Positions 23,736 to 37,045 of a DNA stretch of 64,000 nucleotides are shown piece after piece; the stretch's first letter is position 1; every line of letters starts with the position of its first letter. This stretch comes from Harriotta raleighana (lineage: Eukaryota), in the NCBI GenBank assembly GCA_050575255.1, contig JBNZDD010013718.1:3281098-3345097 (forward strand), read 5' to 3'. Position numbers and translations under genes: made by a program. The notes under the pieces were generated by a model. The model was not told the DNA's origin. It saw only the letters and a list, made by a program, of their open reading frames with translations, and ran no database searches.

Positions 23736-24019
23736 ATGTTGTGTGCTTACGTTTTGACAATTATTTTTCCAGCCCCTGTGAAGAGCATCTTTGGACACCA
23801 AAGACCTGATGTTTTTAGCAAATACTGTATAATTGGTTCCAAGGGCACATTCTTCTTCAGTTGCCATGTTAAGCCAAGCACTATCTTCCACACTATCATT
23901 AGCATCAGTAAGGAGATCTCTGTGATGTGAGATACAACCATTGCTTCCTTAACTTCACCCGTATAACTACTTTGGATGGACCCAGCTTCTGTAAGAATAT
24001 CCAGCAACCTTGGAGTTCA

Positions 24020-24100
24020 TATAATAATAATCATCCTTGCATTTTATATAGTGCTCTTCATGTCTTCTGGACGTCTGAAAGCGTTTCACAGAATATGCAC
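24020..24100 (-). mobile_element. SINE 3' tail fragment
   Basis: ataataataatcatccttgcattttatatagtgctcttcatgtcttctggacgtctgaaagcgtttcacagaatat. Confidence 0.8.
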
Positions 24101-24849
24101 GTATCCTGCCTTTTAAGTCAAATTAACTTTCCCAACACCCCCCAATGCACAACAATAGAATAAAACATAAAAGAATAAAATTCAAATGTATTCCAGATGT
24201 TACAGTTCTTATTCCAAGATACCCCCTCCCCGCTTTCCCCCACCCCCACTCGCTGTAAGTTGCTATTTTCTGTCAGCAATAAAGCATTTCTATGGTTTAA
24301 CTTTCAGAATCTGGCTGCATTGTTAAATTATATAATCATATAAAAATAAACCCTAATGGTTACCACAACAATTCTGCAACAGATTTCCTTAAAAGGCAAT
24401 TTTTTTTCTTTCTCTCTCTATGCATGATTTTGTAGCAATCTAATACTGTATGTTGTCTTGTAGCTTCCTCTATTTTGACCATATTTAACTATCTCCTTTC
24501 AAGACATCTCTCCATTTGTTAGCATTGTAACAATTTTTTCCTGCACTGTCTACTTGAGATCCTTGTAATGGCAAGCATTACAAACTACTTCAACTCACAG
24601 CAGCAATAAATTAACACAGTGCAGCGTGTCAAAATAATAATAAGGATCCTCGAGAACACACCTGAGGATTGCATGGGGAATGTTTGGGAGTTGGCCAGTC
24701 CAAAATGAGCAGGTGGAGCCTAAGAAACAGGAAATAACACAGGCTGATGGAAAGATTGCATTTTTTTCCAAGCTTTGACATTTCTCCATCCACGTTGCAA
24801 CAAGACTTGAATTGAAGACTTATTTCTCAGTTCTATTCTCTGTTGTGAT

Positions 24850-24955
24850 TGGAGACTATAGTGAATGAACAGAGAATTGGGATTACAGTATAGGAGCACT
24901 GATCAGAGTAGTATGCCTGGGCCAAATGGTTTCCTTCTGTGTAGTAGTTTCTTTG
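24850..24955 (+). mobile_element. CR1 3' UTR remnant
   Basis: tgggattacag...tgggccaaatggtttccttctgtgtagtagtttct resembles the CR1 ends at 23690-23735 and 44600-44660. Confidence 0.5.
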
Positions 24956-25127
24956 CGCACAGGGATTTATCTCAGCATTTCCTTTTGTTTATTTTAAAAA
25001 TGGTCTTAAATAAAATAGGATCGAAATTGTTCAACTAGATGATGTGGTTTTGATTATAAAACAATGAGTAATTGGATCCACCCATTCGTGTCTTTTGTAT
25101 CCAAGCTTTTAAAGAAAGTTCAAAGCA

Positions 25128-25475
25128 ATAATAATACTTGCATTTTACATGGTGCTTTATCCATTCATCAAAATTTCCCAAAATGCTTCATAGGATTTTA
25201 CTGCAAAAAGTGAAGAGATTATGTATCTGTAGGCAGGTGTGGTAGCCAATTTGTGCACATACGTTTACCACAGACAACCATTAAGCAAATGACGCATTAT
25301 TTCTGGGGGATTGTTGGCCAGGTCACAGAAAGGAATTTCCTTCTCTTTCAGACTAGTGCCATGGAATCTTTCACATCCACCTGAACAGGCAGACAGGACC
25401 TCAGTTTAACTTCTCATCCGATCAACTCCAACAATGCAGTGCGCCCTCCACTGCTTTATTGGTGTGTCAACCTGA
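25128..25475 (-). mobile_element. Deu-domain SINE, 5'-truncated
   Basis: Tail aataataatacttgcatttt, then ttgttggccagg...tagtgccatggaatctttcacatccacctgaacaggcagacaggacctcagtttaac...acaatgcagtgcgccctc (reverse Deu core). Confidence 0.85.
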
Positions 25476-25518
25476 AGTAAAGTAATAAATCAACTGAATT
25501 AAAAGAAACTCACTGGCT

Positions 25519-25724
25519 TGTAGAACATTATAATACTACTACTAATAAAAATAATCCTGGCATTTGATGTAGCGCTTTTTACATGTTCTAGATGTCTCAA
25601 AGCGCTTCACAGAATAGACTGNTGTAGAACATTATAATACTACTACTAATAAAAATAATCCTGGCATTTGATATAGCGCTTTTACATGTTCTAGATGTCT
25701 CAAAGCGCTTAACAGAATAGACTG
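25519..25724. other. ~103-bp tandem duplication straddling a single N (probable assembly join)
   Basis: 25519-25621 and 25623-25724 are near-identical (three differences) and separated only by the N at 25622. Confidence 0.9.
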
Positions 25725-25947
25725 TGTATATTTGTGGCAAAATGTGGCAGCCAATTGCGCACAGCAGTGTTCCACAAACAATTGAGGATTGAAATTATCA
25801 ATTTATTCAAGTTTGTTTTTTAGGGATTATTATTAGGGATGTGGAGTAAGAAAACTTGCCCATGGTTTCGCCCTGACCTGCCTGGATTTGAACACAGGTC
25901 TCACACTTGTTAGGCGAGTGCTCTAACCACTGAGCTACATGACTTCC
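25640..25947 (-). mobile_element. Full-length short tRNA-derived SINE
   Basis: The reverse strand starts ggaagtcatgtagctcagtggttagagcactcgcc (A box) and gtgttcaaatcc (B box), and is collinear with 50052-50355 through to the tail. Confidence 0.9.
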
Positions 25948-26446
25948 GATCCCCTGACCTGACAAACATCTGTCCACCTCCTTCTGGACAATGTGAATAA
26001 TTCCCTCTGGCCTTCATGTGTATTCTTCGATTCAACTGAAATAGTGTCTAAATTTTAATTCCCATCCTTTTGTATGCACTACACCTTGGCAATGGTATTA
26101 ATAACTTCTGCTGGGTTCAATTTTTTACACCACGGTGCCTGGTGTAAGCAGCAGAATCAATCCATTCCAGATCTCTCACATCTGAAGTGGAGTATCAGTA
26201 ATTTGTGGATCAGGTAATCCCTTCAAAATAATAGTGGAACATTATGCAGTTCTGCTTCTCTAGTGTTTCTTTAAATAAATCAGCAGATCTAAATGTTTGG
26301 GTTGCTCCGAGAGTTTGGCTCCAAGTATCTCCTTTCTTCCCCCTGTTATCTGGTGCCTGGTTCTGTCTCCAGGCTACTTTCAGAGGTCTGTGGTGATGTG
26401 GAGCTGAGTTTGATCTGAAGGGAAAGATGTGCTGATGGGTGCAATT

Positions 26447-26490
26447 ACAACAACAACAACAACAACAGCTTGCATTTATGTAGCATCCCT
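26447..26490 (-). repeat. (CAA)n run at an L2/SINE tail remnant
   Basis: acaacaacaacaacaacaacagcttgcatttatgtagc. Confidence 0.7.
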
Positions 26491-27974
26491 CCCAGAAGTA
26501 GATTTGAAGAGGTTTATTTCCGGAGTAGGGGAGTTTACTTTTGCTGGAGCTTGAAAAGTTGAGTGTGTATCTTCCTTTGTGCTAATGTCAGTTGAGTACT
26601 GTTAGATGCAGAGGACATCACACTTTAAAAGAGTCTGACTCTATCCTGACAAATCAAATGTCTCTCCCAGTGGAATGTAATGCCCTTGGGAAGAGATCAG
26701 AAGCCAAATCCCTGGTTGCCTTCTCCGTTCCCCAATCCAAGTCCCAGTCCATCCAAACTCAGCACTTTGAATGGTTCCTTTTCTACCAATCTACCCAGAG
26801 AGGCTCCAAGTGATGCCTGCATTTGCCTTCCAGCATTGACTAAACATTGGACATTATGAGAGCTTAGGTGTTGTCTGCAGTCCAATGTGTACTCAATTGT
26901 ACTGTAAGTTGAATTAGTGTACAAGATCTTTCTGCTCAACCTCGGAAGGTAGACTTTGTTCCATACCCTCTTGAATCTTAAATAACCGGGATTTTGGCCA
27001 CCGTGCTTTGTTCTGATTCATCTTTTTTTCATTGATACCCTTTAAAAGAATTAGCTAATAAAAAAAAAGACGTTAACTTTAGCAGTCTTTTGTTTATTTT
27101 TGTTTTCCTGTATTTTTGAGTTTTTAACATGTTTTTATTACGAACCATAAGGGCTGATAATATCATCAGGGGAGCTGGCTTGGAAGTCATAATGAATCTG
27201 ACAGCCTTAGGGAGCTGATTAACAAGCAGAGGGGAAACTGCAGCACTTTACATTAATGACTACATCAAATTGGCTTCTTTGCCTGTTAACTTCAGTAACA
27301 CCTTCAAAGCAGTAACTCACATGATGCCCTCATTGCTTTAACATTTAAAAAAAAGGAAGGTAAAAGTTATTTATACGTTATTACTGTATTTCTTTCCATT
27401 TGTAGTAAACAAGTGCTAAAAATTTACAGTGACTTTTTTTCCTTCAATTATCTGATAAATAGTCCTTTTTTTAATCAAAGTGATTTGTGTAATTTCGTCC
27501 CAATGTTTTTGGTGTTACACGATAAAGCAACCAAATCATGTAACACAGGGCAGGAGGAATTAAATAACTTGTTAAGGGAAACCTTTACCAGCGGTCATTT
27601 TATTGAGTATTCTAGAAGCCTTGATAGTTTTCCATTTCAGTGTCAAATTGGTTTACTGATGCTCTGGTGACACTGGGAAACACTGGAAAATTACTCCAGG
27701 GCATCAGTAACTTAAATGTAATCTTAATGGTAAAATGATTGTCAAAACCATTTCCTCCCCTTAGCAATTGGAAGGTATTTTCTAACACCACATAAGGCCC
27801 AAGATTTACCTTGTTTTAGCTGGTAAGTCTATGTTGTCGTCAAATTGAAGATTACGCAAAATTGTGGGATATTCTTAAAATACGTCTTCATTCAAAAATC
27901 AGTCTCATGAGTTTTTCTGATTTTGTACCTGGTAGTGGGGGTGATGGGGAAAAATATTTGTGTACGTGTATTTT

Positions 27975-28050
27975 ACCCATAAATTGTACAGTCAATTCAC
28001 TTCACAGTATAATCTTTTAAGTGCTTTGAGACGTCTAGAAAACATGACCC
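27975..28050 (+). mobile_element. SINE 3' fragment
   Basis: tacagtcaattcacttcacagtat...aagtgctttgagacgtctagaaaacatga. Confidence 0.75.
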
Positions 28051-31000
28051 AATAGCCATACACATCTAGAACACTCTGGTTAGCAATGAGGAAGAGGAAA
28101 CCCTGCTCAAACCTGTAACCTTCCCGTCTCTATGGCCTACAATTATATGCACAAATCCAACAGAGAAGCTCCAGGTTGCATGTCTTGTCATTGATTGTTC
28201 ATTGTATTGCTTTCATTCAGTTACTTATCCTTGAAGGGAGTGATGGGTAATTCTTCCTTGTGGCCATGCTTCTTGTACAAATCAGTACGGTGACTGTCGC
28301 CACGCTGGCCTACTGTAGAGAACACCAGACTTTCATGAATATTTGGTTTTAATGTAGTTGCGGTGTCCTTTCCTTCCTTTTTGACATCACTTTCCAAGAG
28401 CAACAAACATTTTGGCGCTGGGCAATTGTTGGAAGGTATCTGTTCATCAAAGAGCATCTGGAAACTCAGGCTGCAGTAATTACACTTTGGACATATTAAG
28501 CAAGAGTCTTGTTTAACAAAACATTCTTTTGCTGAACTGCCACTTTATTTTCTGCTGCTTAATGTTTGTTTCACCTTACTCAATTAGTAAAGTATGGTTT
28601 CAAGGGATAGTCTTCATATGGCATAACTGAATTAATTCTCTGGAACTACTTCACACAGCCGAGAGCATTTTGTCTGGTTTATAATACAATTTACAGCTTA
28701 ACTTCACTTCACTTTTTACCAAAACAATCCAGGGAAAAGTAAATAACAGATATGCCAATACTATTTATTATTGTTATGGCAGCATTTTATCCATTAAAAT
28801 TTTCTAACTAATGCCTACCATTTGTTTTGGTCAGCTGGGTGTCTAACACACATGCAAACTCATCACTGTGCTTAAGGCTTCAAAACCAAACTACTTTTAG
28901 ATGCACATTTGCATTAAATTGATCTGGAATGGAGTGCACATTCTCTCCCTGCTCATCTAATCCTGCACGATATCAGGTGTAGGTTGGCAAGAGCCAAGGC
29001 TTGAGTCACCCCAGAGACTATGTTGAGATGCTGCTTCAGTTTAAACAGCTAAATAAGCATAGCTTGTCATTGAGAGCAATGCCTCGGAAGTTTCTGCTAT
29101 GTAGAGTTTGCCAAGCATTACTTCTGGGCTGATAATTGGCAACTTATCTTGAATATTCTAAAGTGGATCATAGTCACTATACAAATAAACATTTTCTTTA
29201 CGAAATAAATTAGTTTTTTTTATACAGTAAGTCATGGGTATATGGTCTTTCTGTCACTTCTAATGGGTGGGGGTGGGTGGGAGGTTACTTGTCAACTTCT
29301 GTCTGCAGCTCATCAAATAGCTGATTTGCTATTTGAGCTTGTCACTGTGGAAGCAGTTGGATGATGCTACATGACGGCTTTTCAAAGTGGACTTGTACAG
29401 GTTGACAGCTGTACTCCATCACACAGGATGGTACAATAAACTACTCAAGTGTTTGCTGTCAGCAGGACATGCGGGCAAGCGGGTGGTCATAGAAATAGAG
29501 GGGGATGGGGCTCACTGGCCAAGTAACAGAAAACATCCCCGTTTGCTCATTCAAACACAACTGGTTGTATTTTGGAATAGAATGATTTTGGACAAACCAA
29601 GTCTCTAAATTATCTTGCTCTGTGCTGAACCAAATTTTTCAATCTTTAGTGATAACAACAACAATAAAATTACATTTGTATAGCGGGGGTCCAATTTGTA
29701 CTATTAGCAGGATTTTTCATTAAAAATTTGAGACATACAAATAGGAATTGCTTTCAATAACAGATATACAATAGGTTTAGGTTTCAATTTTGAAATATAG
29801 GTTTCAATTTTAGATCCTCCTCTTCTCATACACCATTTCTCCAGCTAAGGAGATAGAATGGCAAATCACTCATATTCTTCTTTCGATGCCCTGAGGTCTC
29901 TAACCATTAGCTCAGATAATGTGCCAAGTTTAAAGAAAACTCAGTGTGATTTGACGTGTAGATACAGAATTAGCCAAACTCATCCTGTAATAGGTATATA
30001 ATACTGTATTATTGTTCATTCTGTTTTTAATTAGGAGTTATGTTGCTTTCCAAAGAGTTCAGCTTCCAAGCCATCCACATTGTTGTTCACACCCCACATA
30101 ACTGGTTTAACCAAGGAGAAAAGCCTGAAGATCTGCTTCCAAACCTTTGTCAATGCTACCCTATAACTAGCTGGGTGTGTGTGTGTGTTGTGGGGGCGCA
30201 GAGGCAGCCAGAAGATGTTGAGAGTGGCCTGGGGTGATTGATCATCACCTTTTTTCTGTCTCCATCTGGCCTCTGCTCGTCAAAGCCGACAATGGTACAG
30301 TTGGTGTCTGGAACTTGCCACAAGGCAAATTGCAGGCTTGAACCTGCATTCTATGCTTGACACACAGCATTTCCCATAGCTCGTACCAACAACTTGTTCC
30401 GCTTTTATGGGTCTTCCTAATTCTGGCAATTAATTGCACCAAGTAAAATATTCTCATAACTACCATGGCTGTTGTGAGTGTTGTGAAACTGGTTAAAGTG
30501 AATTAGAATCATGAGCAATGTTTGCAATTTGATTCCAATTCAATTTTTATCTGTGTCTCTCTCTTAAGCACACCATTTCATAAATCATCCCTATTCATAA
30601 ATGTTTCTTCTTTTGTCCTCCTTTTTGTGGTACTAGTTCTGCAATGGAAAGTTAATAAATTCATTAAAAATTAATTTTAAAAATTGGTTTAGTGTGCGGG
30701 GGGCTGGTTGGAAAAGTGATCCTGGACAATGCAAAGATAAATAGATTGTCATAATGTCTCCGGAGATGAAACATTGGTTGGAATTAAAGCAATTTGACGG
30801 GGGCAGCAGAGTTATTTCATTAAACAGGAATACCCCCCTCTGGATTATTCACCAAAGGACACAAATTGAGTGGAATAAATGCTGCCCTTACCACAGGGAG
30901 TAAAGGGTTAAAGACGTTTGTTGCAAACTGATTGGGTCAAGGACTTTATTGTGTACATGGGCGATGGTGCAAGCCGAAGCACAGGTGCAGTTGATAGCAG

Positions 31001-31780
31001 TGAGCAGCAATTCAGACAGAGAGATAATGATAGAGGTGTGGGAAGGTTAGGTCTAAGCGAGGTATAAGGAGGGAAGAGAACAAAGTGTACTTTACAGAAG
31101 GTTTCATTTGGAACCAATGTTGCTCTTAAAAAGTAATGTCGGGCGGTGAAAGGCGACGCCAGTTTCCAAATGTTCCGTAATACTTATTCTCTCATAAAAT
31201 CCATTCGACTATTAAAATCTTTTTAAAATACACCAATCATTTATTAACAGGCACATTAGAGAATTTCAGCAGCATAATTGCCATTATCTTGTTTGATAAT
31301 ACTTATGTATATAACCTTGAACTTTAGACTAGAGCAGAGGAGAATGAGAGTGAACACAAAGAGTAGATTTTTATATGATAAACCCAATCTACAGAGCAAC
31401 AAAAGGAACTAGACAAAATGAGAAACACTTCAGTGACCACATCAAGCCATCGGTTAACTTCTGGGCGGATAATGAGGTTGAAAATCTTTGCACAATTCGG
31501 TGATGTGAGATCAACTCCTCAACTCCTCCCTACCCTCAACTCTTCCCTTCTCCTCCCTCACCACTACACTACATTAATTTTAAGCATTGCTTCATAGCAA
31601 ACCTTTTTGTGCATTTTAAAGAAGTCTAGATGGAGTTTATCAACTAACATACTGTATGTGTATTTCTTTCACCATGAACATATGCACAATAATGTTGGTG
31701 GCATTAACACAATATCACTAATATACAATATTTAACAGAGTAAGGGCTGAGTTTGACAATGAACATTGTTGTCTGTTTAC

Positions 31781-31905
31781 AAAAACAGAACTTGCTGTGA
31801 GCATTCAGCAGGTAGATAGTACCTGTTGAGTGTGCCCAGAGACTTCTGTTTTTTGAGCATCTGCAGTATTTTTCAGATTTTCAGCGTCTGCAGTATTTTA
31901 TGTAC
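31781..31905. repeat. Fold-back repeat remnant resembling a common chondrichthyan inverted-repeat element
   Basis: Inverted arms aaaaacagaa..cattcagcaggta / tacctgttgagtg..ttctgttttt, followed by a duplicated agc(a/g)tctgcagtatttt. The family link is from memory. Confidence 0.55.
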
Positions 31906-32009
31906 TGTTTATATTTTTGTCTGTTTGTTGTGTTGATTCTGTGCCCATAATTCACATCTAACCATTGTAAATTATATGAAAAGTGAACATCTGAATGTTG
32001 TTAATTGAA

Positions 32010-32085
32010 GAATAATAATCACTGCATTTGATGTAGCCTTTTAGAATGTCATTGAGACATCTCAAATTGCTTCACCGAATATATA
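32010..32085 (-). mobile_element. SINE 3' tail fragment
   Basis: aataataatcactgcatttgatgtagcctttt...gagacatctcaaattgcttcaccgaatat. Confidence 0.75.
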
Positions 32086-35000
32086 GCAAAAGGAATAACT
32101 TCTTTCAATACAAAATCATATCTTCTGCATGAATTTTCAGAGTTTTGCTTTGCAACTTAGCAAAAGTCTCACCTGCTATTACTTTACTTCAAATTATTCC
32201 AGGTGGTAAGAGTGGTTTTAGCTTCAAGTTTAGGATATGGATGACACATCACTGATGTTGGTAGAGGCTTGAAAAGCCAAGCAGAGTTACATTTGTGCAT
32301 TTGTTAAAACAAAAGACAAAAATTCTGCTTTGGATCATGGCATTTAAATCAGCTGATTGAGGGGCAGGAGTCTACTCAAATCCAGTTTGACCTATTGCAT
32401 TACATAATGCAGAAAAGATCAGTTGATTTAATTATTGATACAGGTCTCTTCGCAACCTGACAAAGTAAACTGGAAGCAAAGTAAAGCGGAGAATGGATTT
32501 ACACCCGCTTAAAATTATCGCCTGCTTCAAAAATATGAAATATTTAGATTTTGTAATAGATTTAGAATGTGTACTTAGATAAATGATAAGGGGAAAAGAG
32601 ATCAATTCAATTTAATTTATTTCCGAAGATCTGTCAATCCTCTTCAACCACCACCAATCAGGGCCATTAAACTTTCAGTGAGGCATCCATATCCGATGCA
32701 CAATTTTACATTATGGGGTGATAAAGTACTGTATATGGAGAATTTACTGTGCAGTGCAACATATCCTGTAGTTCTGAACTGCTTATGCTATCCATTGTTT
32801 TCTTTTACTTTCTCTATCATTTTCCTCCAAATCTTCTCTCCTGAATCCATTTGACTTCCTTATCTCACATGAGCCACATTCCTCATTCAACTTCACTAAA
32901 GTGCTAGTAATCATTTGCGAGCCGTAATGGTGAATGTTGGTAGATTTTTCAACCAGGGAGGCCACACAGATACATTCAGCACAAGAAATGTCATGGCACA
33001 TGGTGCATGAATTTGGAATCCAGGAAATAATTTCTTCCCACAAATAATTCTGGGAATATGTACCCAAGTAGGCCATAACACGTGACACAATAACTGTCCC
33101 AATGCGCTTGGTCAATTGATCATTTGAGGGGGAAGGAGATACTTACTGTACTTAGTGTTTGGTCCTACAGACACAAGGCAAGGAAACTGTATTGAAAACA
33201 CAAGAAAAATTTCCATTGACTGATAAAACAGTACATCACACTCAGTGGGCCAAATGTTATTATTGCAGCTCAACCTGATTCTGTCCTCACCAGCCAAACA
33301 CGCCCAAGAGGGTTTCTTGCTCTCCAAATCAGGGGGCACTAAGCCCAATTGTCTGATTGAACATAGGAGCTAATAGATCTGCATTGCTGAGGCGTTCACT
33401 GAATAAATTCCTTCAGCCTTAGATATGCCATTTTCAGCCCGCGATCCGGCAGGTTGACTTTTATGCTTGATTTATACCAGTAAAAAGCCTCCAGTGTAAA
33501 TGACGCAAATGTTTTATAAGCAAGTGTCTTAAATGGTGTTTAACACAGTTAAAACATTTATAAAATCTAAACTGCAGCTGCCGAATAAGATGTAATGTAG
33601 AATGTGATTATGAAATGTGAGCCATAAAGCTGATTAAAATGTGTAATCTGAACAAAACATTCACTCAACAATAATTTACTGTTAAAGTAATCATTAGTAC
33701 AATGAATATAGATTGTGTGTGTGGTCTGGGGATTTTCAGAGTGATTGATTTACACGTATACCTATCAGCTATTCATTTGGAACAAACTGAAATGCGCACC
33801 AGGCTGAATACAGACATAAAGCACTGCTGGATTACATCAGATCATAGGTAGTGTCATTGGGTATGAGAGAATAATTTGATCAATGACTGGGTAAGCAAAG
33901 TTCAAGCAGTTTATAAATGTTGTATCACGATTAGACTCTAGAATTGTCTTATACTGACTGGCAGATTGACAGATTTTTTTCTCTTCAAAAATTTATAATT
34001 TCTGTTTTTTAAACAAGGCATTATTAACTTTTATGCCATTACAAAGTCAGACCTCAGAACTTAGTTGTTGTAGTGAAATAGAATAAGTCGTAGTGAAATA
34101 GGAAATTGAATGTATGTACTCTGCAAAATGTGGATAAAAATAGTGGGGTGATGGGATATGTTCTTTATTTTAACATAAAACCTTGCTTCCTGTTGCAGAG
34201 TTTTGGTTTAGCATATATTATACAGACATTATGTTTCTTACCCCTCCTCCCTCTATGAACGAATTGCGACAGAACTTTCACACGTGGAGAGGCTACAGAT
34301 CAGGAATGTTTCAGATCCATACAAGTCGTGATGTACAGTAATTTGCAAAGTGCAGGAATGCCTGGAACTCATTGTTGTCAGTGATTTAAGCATTTCACAC
34401 CAATGATACAATAATGCAGGGTACTTATAAGTTAAAGATCTTTTTTTCTTTCCCACATGAATATATAACCTCTGGTGGAGCACTATCCCCTGTGGCGATA
34501 TGATAATTAAGATCTGAACACAGGCACATTTGTACTTGAAATTGCAGAAGGCTTTGTGTATTGTGAATGGTTACATGATAGTTTATATGTGGACATTCAG
34601 CTTTTATGAGTTGTGTGATTGAACAGTTAGGTTATTCGCTTGAAAACAGCCTTATGTATCTTTATTAATTAAATCGTTTTCAGAATTACTTAGGTTCTCC
34701 TTGTGTTTGGTTGTTTTGATGTCATTGTCTAAAATGGTTACTTTTTTGATTGACTATTTTCATAAAAGGCTTTTTTTGTTATGAATATATTAATGTGTAC
34801 CTCATGTAAATATATAAATATATAAAAGATAGAAAATATATCTTTACAGTACAAAGAATATAAAAGAACGTAAAATGTGATTGACTAGCTGTCAGCCTTG
34901 CTGCTCATCAGGCCTGTTGCTTTTGACAGATCATGTTCTGTTAGCACTGTTAAGAACTCTCCCTAACTTATTTAATCTATTATGGGTGCCGGGTAACCAT

Positions 35001-36881
35001 AGATAATACTTCCAAGCAGATTGAAGTCTGGACATTTCTCTCTGACCGGCGCTCCCTATCCCAACAAAGAAAAAGTGATTGAGCAAAAGCGAACTACAGG
35101 ACAGTAATCTAACATTACAGCCGATGTTATTCATCTTTGACTAGTTACATTACCCAGACGATAGTTGTGTGGTCCGAACATGATTGAAGGCACATAACTT
35201 TTGATCAGGTACTCATATGTATCCCCTTAGCCTTTAGTATCTTTCTGTGAAGCAGTTGTTTGCTCAGACACACTGCTGCTGATCACTGTTTTAAATTTGG
35301 AATTATTTAATAGCTTTGATCACCATTTCTATAAATGACTTTTCTCAGGATCCAGTCCAGTTGCAAATACAGGTATTTGACCTTTGGCATGTAGAATATT
35401 TTAAATTGTAACATCATGTGTGAATCTGACACGAAAAGTTGTGCCACATATTAGTTTGTTGGACTCTGGAAGACAAGTTTTTAACCTTAGCCCAGGATTA
35501 TTTCCGATATAACAGACAAGACTCACAATCACATTTTATGCTAATGGAAAAGTTGAAGTGCAAATTTGCTGTTTTATGCCTGTCTATTTTAGTGCTTCTA
35601 TTACCTTATTTACAATCAGGAAGAACAAGACATTTTTGTCTCAGCACCAGCTACCCAGGTTTCATCTAACATTTCCTGGCATTGCAACTGCTGGAATGAC
35701 CTTTAGAACTTGTTTTAAGACTTCTCGATGTTTGATATGAAGCATTTCAGATCGGTAGTATAATGTTGTAACCAAATAGTACATGCAATAAAATTTTCCG
35801 TCCTTAAGCAATGGTTTTAAAAAGCTGCAAAACTGAAGTGTCATTGAGAAGCACATGTATAATATTTTGAAACTTCCTCTCCTCCAATGCTAAATCCAAA
35901 CAAAACTACATCAATAATAATAAATTATAAATTGTTATTATAATAAGCTGTAAACTAATGTCACTTGCAATGAACTCCAAGAGAACTTCATTAAAGGATC
36001 TTTCACAAACAGATAACTGGTTTGAATGATGTAGCTATACTGAAGCCATTGGAACTGCTCAGAACAGGCCTCGGATCACACTTGGGTATACTTCCTGGTC
36101 TGCGTGCCTCAAGGACCGATTAGTTCAACTCACTGAGCTATTGAGGTATCACAAAGTAACACAGCCCAACTGGGATTCAAACTTTTTGTCCTCACACCAT
36201 TAAGGAGTTCTTTAAGGTGACAAAAGAAAGTGAATTCAGATCAGGATCTAGAATAAAATTCCAACTTCCATTATTATAAACTAGATTAGAAAATATGTAC
36301 CAACATTCTTTTTAATTCACAGTATTTCTTGTCCCCACCTCCCCACAAATACTTTGCTTTGATTTTGCTCCAGAGATGCTGCAGGAATAATCCAAAGGGT
36401 TAATAATGGCTGCTGACACACCAAAGTCTATACATAGAGACCACCTGTCGATAGTGATCATGTCATGACAATACCAACAACAAATGAATGATTTAGGCTT
36501 TAGCCAGTAGTCTGGAGACTGTCTGTCTATAAAAGCCAATTCAAGCTAGTCCCAAAGGTAGTCATTATAGACAGGCCTCAGTATATATCGTACCATCCGT
36601 TATTTACCATATTATTGACCGATATATTCAGGACAAGCAACTGGTTCTAATATCTAATTATTCTAAGGTGCTATATATGCAGATTATTTCAATATCTTTA
36701 TATATAATCATAATAATTTGAGAAGCAACGCGATCCATGATTACCAAAAGTAGCTATCTTTTCACTGCATCATTATAAAGTGATTAGATAAGAATTGCAA
36801 TTTTTAACGGAGCAATGTACTATCTTTAAAAATAAGTGTAATATAGACCATAAATGTAATTGCCTAGTGGTTTAGAGTAAC

Positions 36882-37045
36882 AATAATAATAATCCTTGCA
36901 TTTGATATGGCACCTGATAATGTCTTCAAGACAGCTCAAGACAGCTTCCCTTATATGTTCCTCACTTGTCATCTTGTAGTTGACTTTTTGGGGGTCACTT
37001 TGGTGTCAATTCACTGTAAGGTGAATTTTTGTGGGAAAAACAATT
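36882..37045 (-). mobile_element. SINE 3' fragment interrupted by a 65-bp insert
   Basis: aataataataatccttgcatttgatatggcacc...gcttc, then the insert, then resumption at actgtaaggtgaatttttgtgggaaaaac (compare the reverse complement of 50240-50280). Confidence 0.75.

Noticed and set aside
26800-26960. Possible decayed reverse-transcriptase motif (TADNT resembling YADDT) on the minus strand
   Set aside because: Too short and degenerate to support without a BLASTX search.
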